This document shows positions 58,160 to 64,000 of a stretch of DNA of 64,000 nt, one piece after another; position 1 is the first letter of the stretch; each line of letters opens with the position of its first letter. This stretch comes from a virus, in the IMG/VR virus record IMGVR_UViG_3300045988_165036, positions 32,001 through 96,000 of that record; one strand, 5' to 3'. A program made the position numbers and the translations under genes. The notes under the pieces were generated by a model that ran no database searches, was not told the DNA's origin, and worked only from the letters and a program-made list of their open reading frames with translations.

Positions 58160-58259
58160 TACAAACAACCGTTGGGACAACGGGGATAGCTTGGTAAATA
58201 TTTCGACAGTGGTCGGAAATTCCCAAGAATCTCACGACTAAAGTCGCGAGAGGTTCAAC
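58050..58259 (+). ncRNA. candidate TnpB omegaRNA/reRNA (locus 2); 5' boundary approximate
   Basis: Overlaps the tnpB 3' end. Hairpins ccgttgggacaacgg and ctcacgac-taaa-gtcgcgag (58231-58250), ending in gaggttcaac (58250-58259), a plausible scaffold terminus. Confidence 0.5.
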
Positions 58260-58359
58260 AGATTCACGAAATGTCTTACGGATACGAAGACTATCGTGAT
58301 ACCATCGTGAAATCATAGAAAGCTGTGATTGCTTCGAAGCGGAAGAAGACGGCGAATCT

Positions 58360-58710
58360 TTGATTGTGTTTTGTAAAAACGCGGTATATTCATACGACGA
58401 AAGCGTTCATTATGAGATAGAAGAAGTTGATGTTGATGATGAGATGGAGGGCGGAAGAATGAAAGATCAAAAACACATTCCCGGCAAGCCGATGTATTCC
58501 GTTGGAGATCGGGTTTCTTTTCAAATGACCATTGATGAAAATATTGAAATCTTCGACGGAACTATCGAAATTGTCGATAGATTTGGCGCGTGGGATATTG
58601 ACTACCCCAGCGAACCCTCATACGACATTTTGGTTTGTAACTGGCGTGGAAGCGGAGAGATAATGCTCGTCAAACATATTAGAGAATCGGTAATCACGAA
58701 AAAATATTAA
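58360..58710 (+). CDS. hypothetical protein (start uncertain)
   Basis: ORF from TTG 58360. The strongest SD (ggaggg) precedes ATG 58459. The frame is open from 58300. Confidence 0.5.
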   Translation: MIVFCKNAVYSYDESVHYEIEEVDVDDEMEGGRMKDQKHIPGKPMYSVGDRVSFQMTIDENIEIFDGTIEIVDRFGAWDIDYPSEPSYDILVCNWRGSGEIMLVKHIRESVITKKY

Positions 58711-58729
58711 ATTATTTTCCATAAACCTC

Positions 58730-58758
58730 TTGACAACCAAGGTGTCTTGTGATATAAT
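58730..58758 (+). promoter_or_regulatory. sigma70/sigmaA-type promoter
   Basis: TTGACA 58730-58735, 17-bp spacer, TATAAT 58753-58758. Confidence 0.75.
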
Positions 58759-58786
58759 AATAGTGGAAACGAAAGGAGGAAATAAA

Positions 58787-59110
58787 ATGGTTTGTGAAAT
58801 TTGTGGGAAAAATTTTGAGCACAAAATGTATTATAGAGAATATTCTAATTGTTGTTCTGGAAGATGTTTTACAAGAAAATTTTGGAACAATATTATGGAG
58901 GAAAAAGACGAACACGTTATTGTAGACGGAACTTGTTATGTGATTGCCAATACTCCGACCAACGGATTTTGTGGATTCGGTGGTTGTCGGTTTAAAATTA
59001 AAATGTTTGATACTGGAGAAGTTATAGAAACCAATAATCTTTGGTGTCAAGGAAAAATTCCAGAAGAATATCGTGACCAGTTCCCCGATACAGCTCAATT
59101 CATCGTATAA
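58787..59110 (+). CDS. Cys-rich hypothetical protein
   Basis: ATG 58787 with SD aaaggagg. MVCEICGKNFEH...CCSGRC. Confidence 0.6.
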   Translation: MVCEICGKNFEHKMYYREYSNCCSGRCFTRKFWNNIMEEKDEHVIVDGTCYVIANTPTNGFCGFGGCRFKIKMFDTGEVIETNNLWCQGKIPEEYRDQFPDTAQFIV

Positions 59111-59128
59111 AATTAGAGGAAAATTTTT

Positions 59129-59412
59129 ATGAAAAAAGAATTATTAGAATTGTTGTTTCAGTCCTGCTTGTTATATCACTTTTCGTTTTCTGCGGATGTG
59201 CTTCTTGTGAAAGAAGCTTTAAAAGCTGCAATGCGGATATTTCCGGCGGTTTGCATCGTACGGTAAATGTTTATTCGTTAGATGGTAAACTATTGGCGAC
59301 ATACGATGGCAAAATTGATATCGACGATAATACAAACGGTTCTGTTATGTTCGATCTTGACGGGAAGCGTTATGTTTATTATCATGCAATTGTAGAAGTT
59401 ATAGAGAAATAG
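59129..59412 (+). CDS. putative lipoprotein, frame broken at A6 run 59132-59137
   Basis: ATG 59129 is followed by six A. With seven A it would read MKKRIIRIVVSVLLVISLFVFCGCASCERS... (signal peptide plus lipobox-like FCGC) through to TAG 59412. As written, that frame has no start codon. Confidence 0.5.
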
Positions 59413-59448
59413 TTTGAAAGTTATCAACAAACAAAAGGTGAAAACAAA

Positions 59449-59817
59449 ATGATTACCAAAGAACAAATTGAAAAGATTATCGAGGAGAGATATTCTGATT
59501 ATCCAAAGCTTCTTGAAACAACAATTCAAAAGATGGATACGAAATTTAAAACAAGAGCGGCTCTTTACGGTGAAAGAAAGATTGAATATACTATCAACAA
59601 TCCAGGCCCGGTCGTAGACCGTCTTTGCGGAGACCTCGCAAATTATTATACTATGCTTGGGTTTTTCGGAGGTATTGATGTGAACGAAGCCGGAAATATC
59701 GTTGTTACACTGTCCATAGATCCTCCTGCAGAATCGGTTTCAACAGGTTCCGCAGATGCACCTCTGGTGCCAGCTGATACAGACGCTCCCGCAGAAATCC
59801 TGGAAGAAAATAAGTAA
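59449..59817 (+). CDS. hypothetical protein
   Basis: 122-aa ORF. SD aaaggtg. Confidence 0.6.
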   Translation: MITKEQIEKIIEERYSDYPKLLETTIQKMDTKFKTRAALYGERKIEYTINNPGPVVDRLCGDLANYYTMLGFFGGIDVNEAGNIVVTLSIDPPAESVSTGSADAPLVPADTDAPAEILEENK

Positions 59818-59844
59818 AGCCATAAAGAAATTTACTAAAACCCC

Positions 59845-59873
59845 TTGACAACCAAGGTGTCTTGTGATATAAT
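59845..59873 (+). promoter_or_regulatory. sigma70/sigmaA-type promoter
   Basis: TTGACA 59845-59850, 17-bp spacer, TATAAT 59868-59873. 34 nt identical to the promoter at 58729-58762. Confidence 0.75.
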
Positions 59874-59920
59874 AATATCAGAAGGAAGAGTCCTTCAAAA
59901 TATTTTTGAGAGGAAAAATT

Positions 59921-60133
59921 ATGAGAAAGTTCTTTCAGAAGGTTTCCAAATTTACAAAGAGGTTTTGTCTGCCGATTTCGACAATTGCTATCGCAATCGT
60001 TGGTGGAATTTGCGGCTTCTTCTTCGACTCCGCTCTATTCGGGATTAATCCTGTATTTGCGGCATCGACCGAAGCGCTTCTTCTGGCAATGATTTACGTT
60101 GCACTGGAGACAAAAGGACAGAAACTCAATTAA
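59921..60133 (+). CDS. small membrane protein
   Basis: ATG 59921 with SD gagagga. TM segment LPISTIAIAIVGGICGFFF. Confidence 0.55.
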   Translation: MRKFFQKVSKFTKRFCLPISTIAIAIVGGICGFFFDSALFGINPVFAASTEALLLAMIYVALETKGQKLN

Positions 60134-60153
60134 TCTTAAAGGAAGGTGACTTA

Positions 60154-60792
60154 TTGTTGGAAAATTTAGGTATTGTTATTCCCAAAAATGTGGAGAATCT
60201 TCAGCTCCCCGACCCCGATCTTCTTCATCAGTATGAAGATGAGGAAGCGAGAAGAATTTATCTTGAGGGGACAATTGGTACTGAAGACGATCCAATGAAC
60301 GACAACTCGATTGGAATTGTTAAAAGAATTCTACGGTATAATCGAGAGGATGGGGGACTTTCTATTGAGGAAAGAAAGCCGATTATGCTTTATATCGACA
60401 GTCCCGGAGGTGATGTAACAGGCGCCCTCGTGTTGTGTCACATCATTATGATGTCGAAAACACCGATTTATACTGTAAATATGTGTGCGTGTTTCAGTGC
60501 TTCGGGAGTCATTCTTGCCTGTGGGCACAAGAGATATGCGCTAAAGGGCTCATCTGTTCTGATTCACAGTGGTTCAACATACCTTGGCGGAACACGTGAA
60601 CAGGCAGACTCGGCAAAGAAGTTCGTTGATAAATCAGATAAGAAGTTCAATGACATTCTCTTCAAAAAGACAAAGATTGACCAGAAGACCTATCGCTCGA
60701 AAGCTCCGAAAGATTGGTTTCTCGATGATGAGGAATGTCTGAAGTACGGCGTTATTGACGAAATCGTCGAAGACATTGATTCAATTCTCTAA
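60154..60792 (+). CDS. clpP: ClpP-family serine protease
   Basis: LYIDSPGGDV, CFSASGVILACG, VLIHSGS contexts typical of the ClpP fold. Confidence 0.7.
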   Translation: MLENLGIVIPKNVENLQLPDPDLLHQYEDEEARRIYLEGTIGTEDDPMNDNSIGIVKRILRYNREDGGLSIEERKPIMLYIDSPGGDVTGALVLCHIIMMSKTPIYTVNMCACFSASGVILACGHKRYALKGSSVLIHSGSTYLGGTREQADSAKKFVDKSDKKFNDILFKKTKIDQKTYRSKAPKDWFLDDEECLKYGVIDEIVEDIDSIL

Positions 60793-60839
60793 TCTTTTAT
60801 TCAAAATAACCAAAAAATAACCCTAAACCGCAAGGTTGA

Positions 60840-60880
60840 GGAGGACAGACTTTTCAAACAATCTGCTCGTCCTCCGTTTT
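60840..60880 (+). terminator. stem-loop with short T-run (terminator candidate)
   Basis: ggaggac (60840-60846) pairs with gtcctcc (60869-60875), followed by gtttt. Confidence 0.4.
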
Positions 60881-60893
60881 GGAAAGGATCTAT

Positions 60894-62324
60894 ATGAGCA
60901 AAAAGTCTAAAAGTAAAATTAACATAAAATTCTGCGGCGGAAACTCTTGGGATGTAACCGGTTCAATGATATATATCGAAACCCCAAATCGGAAAATTCT
61001 TCTGGAATGTGGCTTATGGCAATCGACCGGAAGCACTCTCGAGAATTGGAAAATTAATTCGAGAAGGTTTGATTTTAAGCCAAATAAACTTGATTATGTG
61101 TTTTCCTGTGATAGACACGTAGATCACACCGGACTAATCCCACAACTGTACGCCTCTGGGGCAACCTGCCCGATTATCGCTCCTCGCGGTTCTAAACCAA
61201 TCGCAGAAATCTTGATGAGAGATAGCGCAAGGATTATCGCAGGAGATGCCGCTTCGCTTTCAGATAAGCTTGGACGAGAGTATGTTCCATTCTATCTTGA
61301 TTCCGATGTTGACACGGCACTCGGATATTGGACGGAGTATCATGATGAAATCGTTACGCTGGACGAATTCGTAAAATTCAGATTTGTTCCATCCGGACAC
61401 ATTCCGTTTGCAAGACAGCTTGAATTGTGGATTACGGAAGGAAATGTGACAAAGAAAATCGTCTATACTTCCGACCTCGGAAATATTCATTTGCCAAAAC
61501 CTTATACGGAACCGTTCAAGTCAGTTTTTGGACAAAGAGCAGACATTGTTATTGCCGAATCGACATATGCGCACGAAGAAAAAATCGCCAATAAAAAGAT
61601 GCGCAAAAAAGACCTTGAAAAACTTCGGATGGTTGTTGAGCAGACCTGTGTAGAACAACAAAGGAGGATTCTGATTCCGAGTTTTGCACTGGCAAGGACC
61701 CAGGAAATCTTAACTGTTTTATACGACCTGTTTTCAAAAAAAGATTTCGACATTCCGGTGTATATCGACTCTCCGATGGGGCAGAACATTAGCCGTGCAT
61801 ACTGTGATGTTCTAGAAGGGGAAGCTGCAGAAGAGTGGCGAGAGGTTCTTGCTTGGAAAAATATTCATTTTGTTGGAGATTATATCGAAAGCAGGGAACT
61901 TCGCGATTCCGGGAAACCATGTATTGTAATTGCTTCTTCCGGGTTTATGGTCGCCGGACGCTCCGTTGCTTGGTGTGCAAGCCTTCTTCCGAATACGGAC
62001 GACAGAATCGTTACGATTGGTTATGCTCCTCCGGGTTCAATGGCATATACGATCAAGCAAGGTGAGCAGAAAACGATTTCAATCTCCGGAAAGAGATACA
62101 CAAACCGTTGTCAAATTACAAATCTTGGAAGTTTTTCCTCACACATTCAAAGAGACAGTATTGTTAAAGAATATGGGAAGATAAACGCCGAAAAGTTGTT
62201 TCTTGTTCACGGAGATATGGAGGGAAGAGTCTCGATAAAACCAGAGATTGAAAAGGAACTCTCAAATAACAACCTGTCAACAAAGGTTGTTATTGTGCAA
62301 AAAAATATGATTGTAAGCATATAG
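60894..62324 (+). CDS. metallo-beta-lactamase fold, beta-CASP-type hydrolase (RNase J/CPSF-like)
   Basis: CDRHVDHTG (degenerate HxHxDH), PSGHIPFA, ESTYA, LVHGD motifs. ATG 60894 preferred. Confidence 0.7.
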   Translation: MSKKSKSKINIKFCGGNSWDVTGSMIYIETPNRKILLECGLWQSTGSTLENWKINSRRFDFKPNKLDYVFSCDRHVDHTGLIPQLYASGATCPIIAPRGSKPIAEILMRDSARIIAGDAASLSDKLGREYVPFYLDSDVDTALGYWTEYHDEIVTLDEFVKFRFVPSGHIPFARQLELWITEGNVTKKIVYTSDLGNIHLPKPYTEPFKSVFGQRADIVIAESTYAHEEKIANKKMRKKDLEKLRMVVEQTCVEQQRRILIPSFALARTQEILTVLYDLFSKKDFDIPVYIDSPMGQNISRAYCDVLEGEAAEEWREVLAWKNIHFVGDYIESRELRDSGKPCIVIASSGFMVAGRSVAWCASLLPNTDDRIVTIGYAPPGSMAYTIKQGEQKTISISGKRYTNRCQITNLGSFSSHIQRDSIVKEYGKINAEKLFLVHGDMEGRVSIKPEIEKELSNNNLSTKVVIVQKNMIVSI

Positions 62325-62331
62325 GTTATTT

Positions 62332-62739
62332 TTGTATGGAATTGAGGTGATGTTTTTGAATGTTCTCGCAACAAAGGTAAAATTGACCAACCATGCACGG
62401 CAACGCATTTATGAGCGGTTTGGAAACCTCTCCGATCGCGAGATTTCAGACCTTGTAAGAAATGCAAGACTAAAAGGGCACACGATAGCAACGATGGATC
62501 AAGACCATTACGAATATGGGCTATACAAGCGTATCTTTCGGCGCGAGAGTGGGTCTCGTATGGTCCGATTATACAAGGACGCATACTTCGTTTTTGTTAG
62601 CGGTAACAAGACTGCTGGGTGTAAACTGTTGGTGACGGTGATTTTGTATGATCTGGACTGGCGAGATAAAAGAGAAGCCTCTTTCCGGAAAGGAGAAGAA
62701 AGGGTTGAGAAAGATGACGATGACAAATCTAACCAATAA
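62332..62739 (+). CDS. hypothetical protein (start uncertain)
   Basis: ORF from TTG 62332. In-frame ATG at 62350. Confidence 0.5.
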   Translation: MYGIEVMFLNVLATKVKLTNHARQRIYERFGNLSDREISDLVRNARLKGHTIATMDQDHYEYGLYKRIFRRESGSRMVRLYKDAYFVFVSGNKTAGCKLLVTVILYDLDWRDKREASFRKGEERVEKDDDDKSNQ

Positions 62740-63109
62740 CCCTCAATCGGTATTGCCGGACAAAGTAATTCTGGACGTACCAACTTTGAAAACCGGAGAG
62801 GAATATTGGTATATTATGACCAATGATTTCGAGAGTTGTGTCATCGGTTACGGAAAGCTGGTCAATCAAATCAATCGTATTAAGAGTCTGATTACGACAA
62901 GAAGCGCCTACGATTCGCAATTTGAAAAAATCTTAGTTTTTGAAAACCAGTTCGAAAAAGTATACGTATATTCTATAAGTAGAGTATTTTCAGAACTCGA
63001 AACTTTAGTAAAAACTGTTCGTGGAACATATCGAACCATTAGTTTTTCTGTTTCTGCGGTCGTTAAAGTACAAGAGATGGGAACGGATATAGTTAGACTT
63101 TTCAATTAA
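62714..63109 (+). CDS. hypothetical protein
   Basis: ATG 62714 within ORF 62648-63109. Confidence 0.5.
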   Translation: MTMTNLTNNPQSVLPDKVILDVPTLKTGEEYWYIMTNDFESCVIGYGKLVNQINRIKSLITTRSAYDSQFEKILVFENQFEKVYVYSISRVFSELETLVKTVRGTYRTISFSVSAVVKVQEMGTDIVRLFN

Positions 63110-63180
63110 AACTACGTCAATGGAGAGGAAATTGCAAATTCATCCGCAATCCTAAAATTAAATATTGATTAAAAAACTAA

Positions 63181-63209
63181 AAAAGATCCGATTTTTCAGA
63201 TCTTTTTTT
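63181..63209 (+). terminator. rho-independent terminator
   Basis: aaaagatc (63181-63188) pairs with gatctttt (63199-63206). T-run follows. Confidence 0.7.
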
Positions 63210-63217
63210 AAAAGGGC

Positions 63218-63246
63218 TTGACAAACGAATGGAAATATAGTATAAT
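63218..63246 (+). promoter_or_regulatory. sigma70/sigmaA-type promoter
   Basis: TTGACA 63218-63223, 17-bp spacer, TATAAT 63241-63246. Confidence 0.75.
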
Positions 63247-63275
63247 AGGATCAGAAAAGGAAGGGGCTGAAAACT

Positions 63276-64000
63276 ATGATTACCAAAACTTATATGATTC
63301 CAGAAGAGAATGTCGAAAATTTGGAGAAGAAGTTCAACGCTGCGGCTCGCAAGATTCGCAAGATCAATCCTGAACTCGAACCAACAATGGCAAAAAGCAA
63401 TCATACAATTATTCTCATACGCAAAATTGAGTTTCATACTTGCGACTGCCGCTCCGAGACGGCTGTTAAAGAAGTTCCTTATGAAGCCCGCAGAATTGAG
63501 CTGAAAATCCCGGACGAGGCTGTCTTTGTAGAAAACAATTGGGCGTTCGGCGGTTCCGTAGAACCCAGTGGAGTGGAGGGGAAAAACTTCGTTAATGTTA
63601 ATTTATCTGGCAAGAATCTAGGATTTGTTGTTCCGTCAAAATATTTCACATCCGATTCTTGCACTTGCGACTACTGCAAGACAAACCGCAAGCGCAATAA
63701 AACCTATCTCGTTGTCAATCAGGAAACAGGTGAGTGGAAACAGCTCGGCAAAGAGTGTTTGAAGCTCTTCGTAACCGGAATCGATGTCGACGCAATCGCG
63801 ACCTTCGAGTCTTTCATCAAAGAAGCGGAAGATATGACGAATCCGTCTGATGGGTTCTTTTATGAAAGAAGGTTCAGATTTGTGAAGGTTACAGATGCTC
63901 TTGCTTTCGCGTGTGCGGTTTACCGCGAAAGAGGCTATCTTGCGACGAGAGATTTCGATGGTAATTCCAACGATCTTTGTAACAAGAATATTGTTCAAAG
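63276..64000 (+). CDS. hypothetical protein, 3' partial (runs off window)
   Basis: ATG 63276 with SD aaggaagggg. My own translation (MITKTYMIPEENVENLEKKF...CTCDYCKTNRKRNKTYLVVNQETGEWKQLGKECL...) has no stop to the window end. It is not in the supplied ORF track because it lacks a stop. Confidence 0.6.
   Translation, partial: MITKTYMIPEENVENLEKKFNAAARKIRKINPELEPTMAKSNHTIILIRKIEFHTCDCRSETAVKEVPYEARRIELKIPDEAVFVENNWAFGGSVEPSGVEGKNFVNVNLSGKNLGFVVPSKYFTSDSCTCDYCKTNRKRNKTYLVVNQETGEWKQLGKECLKLFVTGIDVDAIATFESFIKEAEDMTNPSDGFFYERRFRFVKVTDALAFACAVYRERGYLATRDFDGNSNDLCNKNIVQ

Noticed and set aside
56925-58320. IStron (group I intron fused to a TnpB element) at TnpB locus 2, and similarly at locus 1.
   Set aside because: Only ~115 nt (locus 2) or ~90 nt (locus 1) lie between the upstream feature and tnpB. 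That is too short for a group I core, and the GTTCAACGAC/rGTCTA signature seen in the tape measure introns is absent.
58730-60048. ORFs beginning MTTKVSCDII... at 58730 and 59845.
   Set aside because: The shared N-terminus is simply the translation of the duplicated promoter sequence (cttgacaaccaaggtgtcttgtgatataataata). Real starts are ATG 58787 and ATG 59921, each with an SD.
1-64000. CRISPR arrays, tRNA/tmRNA genes, rRNA, integrase/attachment sites, TnpA (Y1 HUH) transposase.
   Set aside because: By eye I found no regularly spaced direct repeats, no cloverleaf-like GTTCGAATC-type T-arm sequences, and no ORF with recombinase or HUH motifs. Absence by eye is weak evidence. tRNAscan-SE, Infernal and HMM searches should confirm it.

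Overview
This window is a contiguous piece of a low-GC tailed dsDNA phage or prophage genome. Every gene I can support is on the + strand. Layout: 1-21 kb is a late tail module (tape measure, large tail/baseplate proteins, a collagen-like Ig-repeat fibre, a metallophosphoesterase). 21.8-26.2 kb is nucleotide metabolism (dUTPase, glutaredoxin-like protein, anaerobic RNR NrdD/NrdG). 28-57 kb is replication and recombination (RNA-ligase-like protein, SSB-like protein, Sak4-like ATPase, vWA protein, a PurA/PurZ-like synthetase, an NPPF methyltransferase, DnaB-like helicase, TOPRIM primase, DnaE-type polymerase, Cas4-like nuclease, RecD-like helicase). Blocks of small early-type genes sit among these, followed by a ClpP-like protease and a beta-CASP hydrolase. 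At least 11 near-identical TTGACA-17 bp-TATAAT/TATACT promoters punctuate 20.9-63.2 kb; none lies in the tail operon. The most notable feature is the density of selfish and self-splicing elements. Two group I introns flank a 24-nt micro-exon in the tape measure gene. A LAGLIDADG intein sits in the polymerase. There are two HNH-AP2 homing endonuclease genes. There are four OMEGA-type RNA-guided nucleases (2 IscB, 2 TnpB), each with an adjacent candidate omegaRNA, and no recognisable TnpA transposase in the window. A divergent adenylosuccinate-synthetase-like gene is a candidate for purine or DNA-base modification. Several ORFs are broken by single in-frame stops or homopolymer frameshifts, so an assembly-error caveat applies throughout. 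No tRNA, rRNA or CRISPR array was seen.
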